Shown one piece after another: positions 7,906 through 18,735 of a stretch of DNA of 64,000 bases (position 1 is the first letter of the stretch; each line of letters opens with the position of its first letter). The notes below the pieces were generated by a model. That model searched no databases and was not told the DNA's origin. It saw nothing but the letters and a program-made list of their open reading frames with translations. Location: NCBI GenBank assembly GCA_027021705.1, contig JALUTT010000005.1, positions 1-64,000 on the forward strand, read 5' to 3'. This DNA comes from Anaerolineae bacterium (lineage in GTDB: Bacteria; Chloroflexota; Anaerolineae; S140-20). The position numbers and the translations under genes were made by a program.

Positions 7906-10900
7906 CTACCGGCCTACGGTGAACCGGTTGCTGGCGGAACGGCCCCAGGTCGTTAGGTCGTACATCGCCCAGACCTCCGTGGGCATAGCGACGAACCGAC
8001 CGGTGCGGGTGGCCCGGGCCAGATAGGTGAAGACGCGCTCCCCACGCTTCAGTTCCGTGATGAAGAAGCGAACCCGGTCGCCGTACACCTCCTTCCGGTT
8101 GTAGCCGTAGTCCATCCAGTGGCGCGACGGCTCCCCACGGGTGGTGGCCTCATGGCTGGTGGTGTTCAGCCGCTCGTTCAGCGCCTCCAATCCGCCGGGC
8201 AAGGGATCCTCCACGATGATGTAGAAGCCGTCGTCGGGCAGCGTCACCCTCAAGCGCACCTTCACCAGTTGACCGGCCTCCGCCCGCTCGATGGGCCGCT
8301 CCGTCTTCGGGTCCAGGTAGGTGCGGGAGACCCGGACAGTGCCGGCCGCCTCGATCTCAGCCTCAGGGAGGTAGACCTGGCGGCTGACGACGTAGTAGAG
8401 CCGCCCGCTGCCGCTCTGCCGGAGGCGCAACCGATTGCGACCGGACACCATCTGGGAGGCAGGGATCTCCAGGCTGACGGCGGGCTCCCCCCGCCCCAGC
8501 GTGCCGGCAGCGATGACCTGCCCGTTGAGCTCCACGACGTAGGTGGTGTCGGCCATCGCCTCCCCCGTCGCCAACAGGTGGTCGGTGAGGGCCAGGATGG
8601 CGAAGGCGGTCTCGTTGGTGGTCCCCCACCCCGTCTGCCGCCGCCGTCCCATCAGCCAGTGGACGATGCCGGGGACCAACTCGTGGTCGGGGCGGAGGCG
8701 GGCGAAGGCGCTGAGGGCCAGGGCGGTGCTCCGGGTGGTGGAGGCCATCGTCTTGCGGTAGTACTTCCCGTCCATCTTCCCGTTGTCCCAGTAGACCAGC
8801 CCCCCGTCGGTGACCGTCGCCGTCTCCGCCAGCAGGTCCAGGATCGCTTGGGCCTCCGTTGTCGCCCCCAGTTCGTGCAAGGCCAAGGCCAGCGCCGCCT
8901 GGCTGAAGGTGTCCAGTTCCTTTGCCTGGGCGGCCAGGGTGCGGGTGGCCTCCAGGTCGCCGTGGCCGGCGATGGCCAGGCTGTAGAGGGCGTAGGCGCG
9001 GGTGCGCGGGTCCATCTCCTCCAGGTGCTCCTTCAGCCAGTCGGCCCCCCGCCGGATCACCTCCGGGTCCACCTCGTAGCCCGCCTCGGCGGTGACGGCC
9101 AGGCCGAAGACCACCCAGGCCGTCTGGTAGTCGTGGCTGCTGTCATCGTACCACCAGCCCCAGCCCCCGTCGTTGTGCTGGAAGCCGTAGAGCCGTTGCA
9201 GGCCGGCGTTGATCTTGGGCGGCAGATCGGCCTGCAACGTCGGGTTGCCGATGCCCAACTGGTGGAAGGCGCGACCGACGACGGCGTTGGGCAGGGCGCG
9301 GCTCATCGTCTGCTCGACGCAGCCGTAGGGGAAGCCGGTCAGGAACTCCAGGCCGTGGAGCAGACTGCCGGCCACCGACCGACTGAGCTGCACCTGGACC
9401 TGGCTCATCGCCAACGCCCCCTCAGGCAGATCGAACGCCAGGTTCATCTCCCCCTGGAACGCCCCGACCTGGGTCTCCACCTGGGGCACCGCCAGAGGAT
9501 GGATGGGGAAGGTGAGCCGCACCGCATCGCCGGGACCATCGGTCGTCGCCTGGACGAGGACCTCCGCCTCGCCGGCCGTCGAAGCCGTGGCCGTCCAACC
9601 CACGATCCGCCGCTCGCCGGGAGCCAGGCGAAGGGTCTGGCGGGCGGAGCCGTGGATGGTCAGCCGGTCGCTGGCGATGGCGACGGTGACCTGACGGGGG
9701 CGGTCGCCGTAGTTGTGGACGAAGGCGGAGAGGACCACTTCGTCGCCGGCCGTCAGGCTGCGGGGCAGGAGGGGGCGCACCACGATCTCCTGGTGCGTCA
9801 CGATGGTCGTGATCGCCTCGCCCACCTGGGTATCCGGCGTGACCGCCCGGGCCGTCAGCCGCCAACGGGTCAGGTTGTCGGGCAGGCGCAAGGTCACCAC
9901 CGCCTCTCCCTTCCAGTCGGTGTGGAGGATGGGAACCCAGGCCGCCGTGTCGGGGAAGTCGCTGCGGGGATTGGCGGGCGCCTCCTCGCCACCACCGCCG
10001 CCCCCCCGTCCGCCGGCCCAGCGACGGAGGGCCATCCCGTCGTAGGTGCGCACCAGGAAGGGCCGGGGGCGGTAGAAGGCATCGAAGATGGGGCCGGTCA
10101 GGTCCTCGCTCAGGCTGAAGATCGCCTCGTCCACCAGGGCCAGGGAGACCTCGGCCGAGACGGGCTCCCCCCGCTCGTTGGTGACGCGGATGGTGAAGGT
10201 AGCCTCCTCGCGGGGGAGATAGCTCGCCTTGTCCGGCGTGATGGTGACCTGCAGCCGCTTCCCGGTGACGGCGACCTGGAGTTCAACGCGGGCGACGTGC
10301 AACTGGCTGTCAGGCCGGTTGAGGGAGTACCCCTCGCTCTGGGCCGTATCCTGGGGCTCCCAGGCGTTGACGGTGACGAAGATGTTGGGCGCGTCGTCGG
10401 GCCGGATGGGTACCTCGATCAGCGTGAGGGGGGCGGTGAGCTGAATGGGTTGGGCACGGCGGGTGGTGCCCCGCTCAAAGGTGAGCAGAGCCGGCCCGCT
10501 GAAGGTGGACTCGATGACCAGACGGGCGGTCTCGCCCGGCAGGTAGCGCTCCTTGTCGGCGGCGATGTGGAGGGCCCCATCGCGGAAGTAGGTCCAGCGG
10601 CTCGTCCCGTGGAAGACGTAGAGCCAGTGCTTGACGAAGACCTCGTGGCCCATCTCGTCGGTATCGCTCAGGAAGACCTGGTAGAAGCCGGGCTCCTCCA
10701 CGGTGATGGCCGCTTGGGCCCGCCCATCGGCCTCCGTGGTCAGGTCCACCGACCGGACGACGGTGGAGTAGTCCCCTGTCCGGCGGTTGTAGCGACGCAG
10801 TTCCAGGCGCAGCGTCCGGTCCTCCAGCGGCCCACCGTCCAGCGTGGTCGCCCGGGCCCGCACGAAGAAGGGTTGGCCGGGGGCCTTGAAGCGGCCCCCC

Positions 10901-13410
10901 GTCTCCAGGGTGAGCTTCTCGGCCGCGTTGAAGACCCGAACGACGGTGAAACCGCTCACCGTCTGGTGACTGCCATCGTCGGCGGTCACCTCGATGCCCC
11001 AGATGGTCCGCTTCAGGCTACTGCCCCACAAAGGGCGGTAGTCCGAGAAAGAAGATCGGGCCTCCAGAGTGAAGGTGTAGACACCGTTGGCGTCGGTGGT
11101 GGCCTTGATCTCCCGCCGACCGCTGGCGTACCAGGCGTAGCCTTCCTCACCGCGCTCGTCCCACCAGTAGTAGGGCCGCAGGGTGTACTGCCGGACGACC
11201 AGTTGGGCGTTGGCTACCGGTTCGCCGAAGAAGTAGCGGGCCTCGACGCGCACCTGGATGGGCTGGCCGGCGACGTAGTGCTCGGCGTCGGTCGTGACGG
11301 TGACCTGGTAGTCGGGCTTGCGGTAGTCCTGCACCTTGAAGGGCTGTCGGTGGACGTCGTCGTCCAGGGCCACCTCGATGGCATAGTCGCCGAGCATCGC
11401 GCCCTCGGCCAGCGAGAACTGCCCGTGGACGGTGCCGAAGGCGTTCGTCGTCATCGTCACCGTCCGCACCACGTTGTTGCGGGCGTCGCGGAGGCGAACG
11501 GTGACGGGCGTCCCTTCGGGGGGAAGGCTGAGCTGGGCGTCGTCGTCGCGGCGCAGGATGGCCTTGAAGAAGACGGTCTGGCCCGGACGGTAGATGGGGC
11601 GGTCGGTGTAGATGTAGACGGCATAGTCGGGAGCCTGGGGTGCAGGACGCCACCACCACCACCAGGGGTGGCCTCGGCTGAGCCACTCGTTGCTGAGGCC
11701 GGTGGCCGTCAGGTCGTCCCCGACGCGGGCGACGACGATGAGGGGCTGGGGGTCTCGGCTGACCTGGGTCCGGTAGAGGCCGTTGGCGTCGGTCCGCCCC
11801 CGGCTGATCAGCGTGCCGTCCCGGGCGTAGACGCTGACCTCGGCGTTGGGGACGCTGCCGCCGTTGATGTCGGTCACCCAGGCCACGATCTGGCCCTCCG
11901 ACTGCTTGAGGGCGACGACGTGGCGGGTCAGGATCAGGAGGAGTTGGTCGTTGAGGCGGCCGGCCTTCAGGTTGAGGACGTAGAGGCCCGGCGGCACGTC
12001 CTGGGGGATCTGGGCCTCCCGGAAGAGCCCTCCCTGCCGGGGCCGCGCCAGGCCGGTCCCCCGTTCTTTCCAGCCTACCCCTCCGCCGCCGGCCCTGACC
12101 TCCCAGCGCCGGACCAGGACGGCCCCCTGGGTGCTGATGGGACGGTCCTCGAAGCCCGCCACCCCCCGGAAGCCGGAGGCGTAGCGGTCCAGGAACTGGT
12201 CCACGTCGAGGCGGTAGAGCTCGAAGACGAGGAGGGTCGGCTCGCCCTGGAAGAGCTGAAACTGAACGGCCCGCCGCCCGTCGGCGTCCACCACTTGGGC
12301 GTTGGGGCCGTAGCCGAAGCTGGCCACCTCCCGCAACGGTCCGGTGCGGAAGGACCAGGTGTGAGGCCGACGCAGGATCGGGTCGCCTTGGGCATCGGCA
12401 GCTTCCGTTGTGATGGTGACGGTGTACTCCGTCTCTCCCTCCAGGTAGCCCTCCTCGGGCAGGAAGCGGAGGGTCGTCTCCTGCCACTCAAAGCGCCCCG
12501 CCACCGCAGGGCGGATCTGGAAGGCGGCCTCCGTCCGGGCCGGGTCCATCGGGCGGTCGAAGGTGACCTCGATGATGGAGGCCGGATGGACCTGATCCCC
12601 CGCGCGGGGGCTGACGGCGAGGATGGGCGATGGGGTGGAGAAGGTGAGCGGCTCTAGGGGGGGGAACTCGTCCCCCTCGGCACTGCAGAGGGGATCGGTG
12701 AAGCGCAGGGTGTAGTCGGCATCCTCCAGCAGGGGGACCGTGGGCGTGATGACGACCTGGGTGTACTCTGCATCCCAAGCCATCTCCCCCTCGATGGCCG
12801 GCTCGATGGTGAGGGCCTGCTCGACGCAGGTCGGGTCCATCGAGTAGTTGAAGCGCAGGATGAGGGGAGCGCTGAGCTCGCCGCGCTTGCCCCTCCAGTC
12901 GAGGTCGGCCTGAAGGGGCTGCACCCAGTAGCTCCAGCGGTAGCTCCGCTCCAGGGGAACGCCCTGCTGGTCGGTGGCCGTGGCCTCCAGGGTGAAGCGG
13001 TAGAGGACGCCGGGCTCCAGAGGCTGACGGGGCTCGGCGATCAGGACCTCTCCCTGCTGGCGCAGGCGAAAGGAGAGGGAGGGTTCCACGTGGAGGGCGG
13101 CTGCGACGCTCGTCAGATCCATCGGGCGGTCGAAGGTGAGGCGGATGGCCGGACGGCGCTCTGCCAGACGCCCTTCAGACGGATCGCGGGCCAGCAGCCG
13201 GGGAGGGGCCTCCGCCGATAGCGACGCCGTTGCCTCGGGCAACGGCGAGGCGAGGGGGAGCGGGCTGAGGGCGGCCGGCTCTGGGGACGGTTCGCGGGGC
13301 GAGGCCGAGACCAGGTCTGGGATCGGTTCGGGGATCCCCTCGTGAGCAGCGACGGCAACACCGAGGAGGATCAAAAGGGTCAGGGCGAGACGGGCGATCA
13401 GGCGGGACAT
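7906..13410 (-). CDS. Bacterial alpha-2-macroglobulin family protein with N-terminal Ig-like repeats
   Basis: ATG at 13410 follows GGAGGT; signal peptide; three Ig-like repeats (xFDRPMD/FNYSMD); YTDRPIYRPGQTV, LPDNLTRW, thioester GCVEQ (9310..9321) and DGGWGWW. Confidence 0.92.
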   Translation of the reverse strand: MSRLIARLALTLLILLGVAVAAHEGIPEPIPDLVSASPREPSPEPAALSPLPLASPLPEATASLSAEAPPRLLARDPSEGRLAERRPAIRLTFDRPMDLTSVAAALHVEPSLSFRLRQQGEVLIAEPRQPLEPGVLYRFTLEATATDQQGVPLERSYRWSYWVQPLQADLDWRGKRGELSAPLILRFNYSMDPTCVEQALTIEPAIEGEMAWDAEYTQVVITPTVPLLEDADYTLRFTDPLCSAEGDEFPPLEPLTFSTPSPILAVSPRAGDQVHPASIIEVTFDRPMDPARTEAAFQIRPAVAGRFEWQETTLRFLPEEGYLEGETEYTVTITTEAADAQGDPILRRPHTWSFRTGPLREVASFGYGPNAQVVDADGRRAVQFQLFQGEPTLLVFELYRLDVDQFLDRYASGFRGVAGFEDRPISTQGAVLVRRWEVRAGGGGVGWKERGTGLARPRQGGLFREAQIPQDVPPGLYVLNLKAGRLNDQLLLILTRHVVALKQSEGQIVAWVTDINGGSVPNAEVSVYARDGTLISRGRTDANGLYRTQVSRDPQPLIVVARVGDDLTATGLSNEWLSRGHPWWWWWRPAPQAPDYAVYIYTDRPIYRPGQTVFFKAILRRDDDAQLSLPPEGTPVTVRLRDARNNVVRTVTMTTNAFGTVHGQFSLAEGAMLGDYAIEVALDDDVHRQPFKVQDYRKPDYQVTVTTDAEHYVAGQPIQVRVEARYFFGEPVANAQLVVRQYTLRPYYWWDERGEEGYAWYASGRREIKATTDANGVYTFTLEARSSFSDYRPLWGSSLKRTIWGIEVTADDGSHQTVSGFTVVRVFNAAEKLTLETGGRFKAPGQPFFVRARATTLDGGPLEDRTLRLELRRYNRRTGDYSTVVRSVDLTTEADGRAQAAITVEEPGFYQVFLSDTDEMGHEVFVKHWLYVFHGTSRWTYFRDGALHIAADKERYLPGETARLVIESTFSGPALLTFERGTTRRAQPIQLTAPLTLIEVPIRPDDAPNIFVTVNAWEPQDTAQSEGYSLNRPDSQLHVARVELQVAVTGKRLQVTITPDKASYLPREEATFTIRVTNERGEPVSAEVSLALVDEAIFSLSEDLTGPIFDAFYRPRPFLVRTYDGMALRRWAGGRGGGGGGEEAPANPRSDFPDTAAWVPILHTDWKGEAVVTLRLPDNLTRWRLTARAVTPDTQVGEAITTIVTHQEIVVRPLLPRSLTAGDEVVLSAFVHNYGDRPRQVTVAIASDRLTIHGSARQTLRLAPGERRIVGWTATASTAGEAEVLVQATTDGPGDAVRLTFPIHPLAVPQVETQVGAFQGEMNLAFDLPEGALAMSQVQVQLSRSVAGSLLHGLEFLTGFPYGCVEQTMSRALPNAVVGRAFHQLGIGNPTLQADLPPKINAGLQRLYGFQHNDGGWGWWYDDSSHDYQTAWVVFGLAVTAEAGYEVDPEVIRRGADWLKEHLEEMDPRTRAYALYSLAIAGHGDLEATRTLAAQAKELDTFSQAALALALHELGATTEAQAILDLLAETATVTDGGLVYWDNGKMDGKYYRKTMASTTRSTALALSAFARLRPDHELVPGIVHWLMGRRRQTGWGTTNETAFAILALTDHLLATGEAMADTTYVVELNGQVIAAGTLGRGEPAVSLEIPASQMVSGRNRLRLRQSGSGRLYYVVSRQVYLPEAEIEAAGTVRVSRTYLDPKTERPIERAEAGQLVKVRLRVTLPDDGFYIIVEDPLPGGLEALNERLNTTSHEATTRGEPSRHWMDYGYNRKEVYGDRVRFFITELKRGERVFTYLARATRTGRFVAMPTEVWAMYDLTTWGRSASNRFTVGR

Positions 13411-13586
13411 TGGGCCACCTCCGTTCAGAGCTCGACAGGCACAGACACTTCCCTTCATCGCCTCCAAGGATAGCACAGATGCAGCGGGAAGAATGGACGG
13501 GAATGGGGTGATGAAGGGATGACTGCCCGTCGTTTTCCCGACGGCGGTGGTCAAAGGGCCTTCTTGGGGATCGGCGTCGGTGCCAG

Positions 13587-14123
13587 CTATGGCCGTCGGC
13601 GGAGGAGTGCCTTCATTCCCTCCAGGAACTGGGGCAACGTCTGGTGGGGGAAGCGGGGCCAGGTGGCGATCAGGACGAAGCCGATGTAGGCCAGCGCCAG
13701 AGCGCCCTGGAGCGGTGTGTGGCGCAGGGCCAGGTAGAGGATCGCCCCATAGGGCGGGGCCTGCACCGCCCATCCCAACTCCGCCGAGCGGGTGCGCTCC
13801 ATCGCCAGGGTGGTGAGGAGGAGGTAGAGCAGGGCCAGGGAGAGGGGAAAGTAGCCGCTCAACCCCATGTAGGCGGTCAGGGCGAAGGCAACGGCCACAT
13901 CGGCGGCCAGGTCGTTGTCTCCCAGCCAGGTCTGGAGTGCATGAGGGTCTCGGCGGGCCAGAGGACCATCCAGCAGGTCGGTCAGCCAGCCGAAGACGAG
14001 GGCGGTGACGACGCTCCCCAGGGCAGCAGGACCACCGACGACTCCCATCCAGAGGATCAGGCCGGCGATGAGGAGCCGCGTGGCCGTCAGTAGATCGGCC
14101 AGACGTTTCGCTTGGATTCCCAT
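13587..14123 (-). CDS. CDP-alcohol phosphatidyltransferase family membrane protein
   Basis: ADLLTATR and TDLLDGPLARR...LGDNDLAAD match the DxxDGxxAR...GxxDxxxD motif. Confidence 0.8.
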   Translation of the reverse strand: MGIQAKRLADLLTATRLLIAGLILWMGVVGGPAALGSVVTALVFGWLTDLLDGPLARRDPHALQTWLGDNDLAADVAVAFALTAYMGLSGYFPLSLALLYLLLTTLAMERTRSAELGWAVQAPPYGAILYLALRHTPLQGALALAYIGFVLIATWPRFPHQTLPQFLEGMKALLRRRP

Positions 14124-14167
14124 CTCGTCCCTCCTGTCAACGTGCACCGGAGCCGGCCCGTATCCTG

Positions 14168-14196
14168 ATTATACATTCCCCAGCAGGGAGCGTCAA
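14168..14196 (-). promoter_or_regulatory. sigma70-type promoter
   Basis: TTGACG-17 nt-TATAAT on the minus strand, upstream of 14123. Confidence 0.7.
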
Positions 14197-14244
14197 TTCT
14201 TTGCTTAAGTTTGCAACGGACCAAGCATCCAGGAGGGGGCTCTG

Positions 14245-14853
14245 CTACGCCTTGCCTCGGCTCAAGTAACCTGCCACCATCTCGGTGAGCTCCCGCCACC
14301 AAGCGCGGGTGTTGCGAAAGAAGCGGTGCCAGTGGAGCAGAAGCTGGAGCAACAGGAAGGCCAGGACGCCCCCCCCCCACCGAGGGGCGTGCCAGAGCAC
14401 CGTCAGGACACAAGTGATGTCCACGGGGCGGAGCAGGGCGATGGTCACCGCCTTGCGCCGGGCCCGCACGATGGCGAGGAGGGCTAGGGTCAGGTAGACC
14501 AGGATGGGGACGAGGGGGAGGAAGCCGGCCAGTCCCAGGTAGAGCAGGGTCGCCCAGGCCAGCGTCACGTCGAAGGTGAAGTCGTGCCGACCCAGGCGGG
14601 TGGTCAGCGCGGGGCCGGCCCAGCGAGCCAACGGCCCATCCAGCGCATCGCAGGTCCAGCCCAGCAGCGTGACGACGATGGCCAGGGGGAGGGCGGGGGC
14701 CCCGACGGTCAGCCCCAACCCGATCAGGGTGAGGGCGGCGCTAAGGCGGCCCAGCGTGCACAGGTCGGCGAGGAGGACCAGCAGCCGCCGGCCCCAGGCA
14801 GCGGGCGACCTGGAAACCGGCCTCTCTTCGGCAGGGGGAGGCGATGGGGTCAT
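14245..14853 (-). CDS. CDP-alcohol phosphatidyltransferase family membrane protein (paralog)
   Basis: ADLCTLGR and CDALDGPLARW...LGRHDFTFD. The start overlaps the kinase stop (ATGA). Confidence 0.78.
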   Translation of the reverse strand: MTPSPPPAEERPVSRSPAAWGRRLLVLLADLCTLGRLSAALTLIGLGLTVGAPALPLAIVVTLLGWTCDALDGPLARWAGPALTTRLGRHDFTFDVTLAWATLLYLGLAGFLPLVPILVYLTLALLAIVRARRKAVTIALLRPVDITCVLTVLWHAPRWGGGVLAFLLLQLLLHWHRFFRNTRAWWRELTEMVAGYLSRGKA

Positions 14854-17800
14854 TCGTCGTCGAGGGGCGGCAGATCGGCAGTGGGGAGGGTGAAGTAGAA
14901 GATGCTGCCTGGACCGTTGGCGGGCGTTTCGACCCAGATGCGACCGCCGTGGGCCTCAACGGCCAGCTTGCAGAAGGCTAGCCCCAGACCGCTCCCGTGG
15001 CGACCCATAGAGGCACGGTTGGGCACTTGGAAGAAGCGATCGAAGACCCGATCCTGAAACTCCTCAGGGATGCCGGGACCGGTGTCGCGCACCGCGCAGC
15101 GGATGAAGTGGTTGTCCAGCGGTTCCACCCGGATCACCACCTCGCCTCCCATCGGGGTGAACTTTAGGGCGTTGTCCAACAGGTTAAGCAGGACCCGCTC
15201 GATCTGTTCCCGGTCCACGTTCACCATCGGCAGGCCGTCGGAGATCTCCTCCCGGACCAAGACACCCCGGTCTACGGCCAGCGGGCGCAGTTGAGAGGTG
15301 GCCGTGCGGATCAGTGGGGGGAGGGGCTCTGGCCGCTGCTCTATAGGCATCTCGCCGGCCTCCAGACGGCTGATGGTGAGCAGGAGTTCCACCAGGTTCA
15401 GCATGTGCTGACAACTCCGCTCGGCGACCTCCAGGGCCTGAACGTTGGTCTCATCGTCCGTCACCCCATCCTTGACCAGACGCAATCCCCCCATAATGGC
15501 GGTCAAGGGGCTGCGCAGGTCGTGGATGATCATATCGGTGAGTTCCTCCCGCATCCGCTCCAACTCCTTCTCCTCGGTGATGTCGCGGAAGACGAGGAGT
15601 TGGCCGATGACCTGGCCGGCATCGTTGAGCACAGGGGTGCTGAAGTGCTGGAGGAAGCGGGTTTGAGGACCCGGCACCTCGATGACCTGAGGGCGTTGAG
15701 AGGGGGCAGCGAGCAGGTGGGAGGCACCATCCTCGATCTGATAGCCCAGCAGCACCGCCAGATCCTCTGCTCCATCGCCAGCGGCCCTGGAGATCACCTT
15801 GCCCAGCAGGCTCTCGGCCGAGACACCAAAGAGGGCCTCAATCTGGCTGTTGGCCATCAGGATGCGACCGCTGTTGTCCAGCATGAGGATCCCCTCGCGC
15901 GTGGAGTTGAGGATCGCCTCCAGCCGGTCCCGCCCCTGGCGTACCTGTTCGAAGAGGCGGGCTGTGGCGATGGCCGCAGCAGCCTGGCTGGCCAGGGCGG
16001 AGACAAGCCTCACCTCGTTGGCACTGTAAGCGTGGGGACGGTGGCTGTTAACGTAGAGCACCCCCAGCACCTCCCCCCGGCTCACCAGGGGCACACCGAT
16101 CAGCGAACGGATACCGTGCTGTAGGACGTAGGGGCTGATGTCGGGATAGGTCAGGGTATCTTGGATCAGCACCGGTTCCTGGCTGGCGACGATCTGGCGG
16201 GTGATCCCGTGGGGGCGGATGGGCAGGTCGGCCCCCTCGTCGGAGGCAGAACCGGCGACGCTGGCCCGGATGAACTCGTCCTGCTCCTTGTCGTAGAGAT
16301 AGAGGGTCACCCCATCCGAGCGGGTCAACTGCTGGGCAATACGGCCAATCTCGGCCAGGAGGTCGGGCAGATCCAGGCTGGAGGCCAAGGCCAGGCTGGC
16401 CTGGTAGAGCTGCGAGAGTTCCAGAACCCGCTGGTTGCTCTCCTGAAAAAGTTGAGCGTTCTCCAGAGCTACGGCCGCCTGGGTCGCCAGATGCTGGACG
16501 AAGCGGAGGTCCTGGTGGTCGAAGGCGTCGAGCTTATGGCTTTCCAGGTTGATCACGCCTAGAACCTCACCGCTGCGGACGATGGGCACGGTGAGTTGAG
16601 AGCGGACCTGGGGGTCTAGGGCCACGTGATCGGGGTCCTGACGCACATCCGACACCATCGCAACCTGGCCGGTGCGGATGACACGCCCGACGATCCCCTC
16701 GGTCAGCGGACGGGCCTGGCTTTGCGGTGTATCCGATCGGAAGCCCCGGTGGACCACTACCTGCACCTGCTCTAGGGCGGTATCCACCATAGCGATGCTT
16801 CCCTGGGTTGCCCCTGTGGCGATCATCGCGTGTTCTAGGACCATCTCGATGACCCGCTCTGGGGCCAAGGTGGAAGCCAGCTGTCGTCCGATGGCCTCGA
16901 TGGCGGCCAACTCCTCAACACGCCGGGCCAGGGCCTGGTCGGTGCGAGCGTAGAGGCGGGCGTTGGCGATAGCGGCCGCTGCCTGGTTGGCGAAGGTGGT
17001 CAGCAGGTCTCGCTCGGCCAGGGTGAAGCGGTGGGGATGGATGTAGTAGATGGACAGGACGCCGATAAGTTGGTCCCGGCTGATCAGCGGGATGTCGGCG
17101 AAGGCGCGGAATCCCTCCTTGCGAGCCAGTTCCTGCAGGTCGGCGAAGCGGGAATCGGCTTCGATGTCGGGTACGATGACGGGCTTTCCCTCCATCGCGG
17201 CGAGGACACGGCTCCCCCCGCCCAAGGGGATTGTCTGGGAGACCCTGATGTAAGCTTCTTGAAGCTCGTGGGAGGCGGCCAGCCGCATCGCGCCCGCGTC
17301 GGTGTCCAACAGGAAGATGGCCGACTTCTGACAACCCATCACCGGGATGACGGAGGTAGTCACGATCTCCAGTACCCGATCCAGGTCCAGGGTGGAGCCG
17401 ACGGCGGTGGAAACCGTGTTGAGGAGGGCCAATTCGGCGGCCCGGCGCCGCATCTGGCCGTAGAGCCGGGCGTTCTCGATGGCGACGGCCGCCTGGGCAG
17501 CCAGCAGAGAGAGGATCTCCCGGTCCGAAGGACCGTAGGCGTCGGACTGGTGGTGGTTCTGGACCACAATGGCTCCCAGCACCTGATCGCGGGCGATGAG
17601 GGGGACGCCCAACCAGGCGCGGGGCGAAGGGGTGGTCCCTTCCAACCCATGGGCTTCGAGGAAGTCGGGCACGTTGCCCTGCAGGAGCAAGGGCTCCCGG
17701 GTGCGGATCAGGTAGTCAATCAGCCGGTTGCCCAGAGGACGCGCTCCCTGGTGTTGGCGCTGGCCCTCTTCAACGATGAGGGGAAAGGTGATCTCATCGG

Positions 17801-18698
17801 TCGTGACATCGTAGAGGGCCAGGACAAATCGGTCCACCTCCATCAACTGGACAGTGTGCTGGTAAAGGGTCTCCAGGAGGATGTCCAGGTCTAGGCTATC
17901 CCCCAGCATCTGGCCGATGCGCCCCAGCGTCTGAAGCTCCTGGACCCGCTTCTCCAGCCGGCGTCGCGTCTCCTGCAACCGGCCACTCAGGGCGGAGAAG
18001 AGGGCCAACCCCAGACCGGTCAGGAGGAGCAAGGAGAAGGCTGCCTTCAGGTAGAGGTAGGCGAAGAGAAGGGCGAAAGGGAGCGGGAGGAGGTAGGCGA
18101 GGGGCAGGGTGATCCAAGGTGAGTAGTGGAAGAAGGGGGCTTCTACCGTCCGATGGGCCGGCGTCAACCCCTGCTCCCAGGAGACCAGCAGGCGGACGAA
18201 AGTGCTGTGAGCCAGGAAGTAAGCGAAGAAGAGCACGAGCAGGGGGAGAGGGGGCGGCGGGAACCGCCAGGGTAGTTCTCCTCCGGCGACCAGGAAGAGG
18301 CCAGCAGCGACGAGGGTGCTCAGGGCGTGGAGGCCGATGCGGCTCAGCGCCGTGGAAAAGCGCTGCCTCCAGGGATGAGGTGGCTGTCCCAGGAACCAGG
18401 CAAAAGCCGGCTGGAGAATCTCTGCCAGAAGAAAGCCCACCACCGCTACCCAGAGCGCCAGGGCTGCCCCTGACGCCAGCAAGGCGGCCAGGATGATGAT
18501 ATGGGCCATGCTGACGTATCCCGAGTCCAGGGGGAATCCCAGCCGGGCTGCCAGGACCACCAACAGAGTGAAGAGGGCCAGGGCGATCAGGTCTCCTTCT
18601 CTCAGCCCTGGGGAGACGAGGCTGACGAGGATAGCAGAGAGCAAGCCGAGGATGCCAAGGAAGAAGTGGACCTTTCCCTGCTGGCCTGGGTTGGACAT
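14850..18698 (-). CDS. Multi-TM, 4xGAF, PAS sensor histidine kinase
   Basis: About 8 TM helices; four GAF units ending in A.QAA.A..NA.L; H-box IIHDLRSPL, NLLDNALKF, DTGPGI, GSGLGL. Confidence 0.9.
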   Translation of the reverse strand: MSNPGQQGKVHFFLGILGLLSAILVSLVSPGLREGDLIALALFTLLVVLAARLGFPLDSGYVSMAHIIILAALLASGAALALWVAVVGFLLAEILQPAFAWFLGQPPHPWRQRFSTALSRIGLHALSTLVAAGLFLVAGGELPWRFPPPPLPLLVLFFAYFLAHSTFVRLLVSWEQGLTPAHRTVEAPFFHYSPWITLPLAYLLPLPFALLFAYLYLKAAFSLLLLTGLGLALFSALSGRLQETRRRLEKRVQELQTLGRIGQMLGDSLDLDILLETLYQHTVQLMEVDRFVLALYDVTTDEITFPLIVEEGQRQHQGARPLGNRLIDYLIRTREPLLLQGNVPDFLEAHGLEGTTPSPRAWLGVPLIARDQVLGAIVVQNHHQSDAYGPSDREILSLLAAQAAVAIENARLYGQMRRRAAELALLNTVSTAVGSTLDLDRVLEIVTTSVIPVMGCQKSAIFLLDTDAGAMRLAASHELQEAYIRVSQTIPLGGGSRVLAAMEGKPVIVPDIEADSRFADLQELARKEGFRAFADIPLISRDQLIGVLSIYYIHPHRFTLAERDLLTTFANQAAAAIANARLYARTDQALARRVEELAAIEAIGRQLASTLAPERVIEMVLEHAMIATGATQGSIAMVDTALEQVQVVVHRGFRSDTPQSQARPLTEGIVGRVIRTGQVAMVSDVRQDPDHVALDPQVRSQLTVPIVRSGEVLGVINLESHKLDAFDHQDLRFVQHLATQAAVALENAQLFQESNQRVLELSQLYQASLALASSLDLPDLLAEIGRIAQQLTRSDGVTLYLYDKEQDEFIRASVAGSASDEGADLPIRPHGITRQIVASQEPVLIQDTLTYPDISPYVLQHGIRSLIGVPLVSRGEVLGVLYVNSHRPHAYSANEVRLVSALASQAAAAIATARLFEQVRQGRDRLEAILNSTREGILMLDNSGRILMANSQIEALFGVSAESLLGKVISRAAGDGAEDLAVLLGYQIEDGASHLLAAPSQRPQVIEVPGPQTRFLQHFSTPVLNDAGQVIGQLLVFRDITEEKELERMREELTDMIIHDLRSPLTAIMGGLRLVKDGVTDDETNVQALEVAERSCQHMLNLVELLLTISRLEAGEMPIEQRPEPLPPLIRTATSQLRPLAVDRGVLVREEISDGLPMVNVDREQIERVLLNLLDNALKFTPMGGEVVIRVEPLDNHFIRCAVRDTGPGIPEEFQDRVFDRFFQVPNRASMGRHGSGLGLAFCKLAVEAHGGRIWVETPANGPGSIFYFTLPTADLPPLDDE

Positions 18699-18735
18699 TG
18701 GACTCCACTCCTCGCACAACCAACTCACCCATCCC

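Noticed and set aside
8119..12657. Very long antisense ORFs (1512 aa here; also 36501..38930, 43506..45692, 52269..54419, 54450..56609)
   Set aside because: Shadow frames of GC-rich genes on the opposite strand, with no recognisable motifs.
13411..13773. Long N-terminal extensions in the ORF track (also 748..897, 51726..52109, 58750..59058, 60078..60188)
   Set aside because: Downstream ATGs with RBSs, signal peptides or domain starts are better. Several extensions overlap other genes or repeats.
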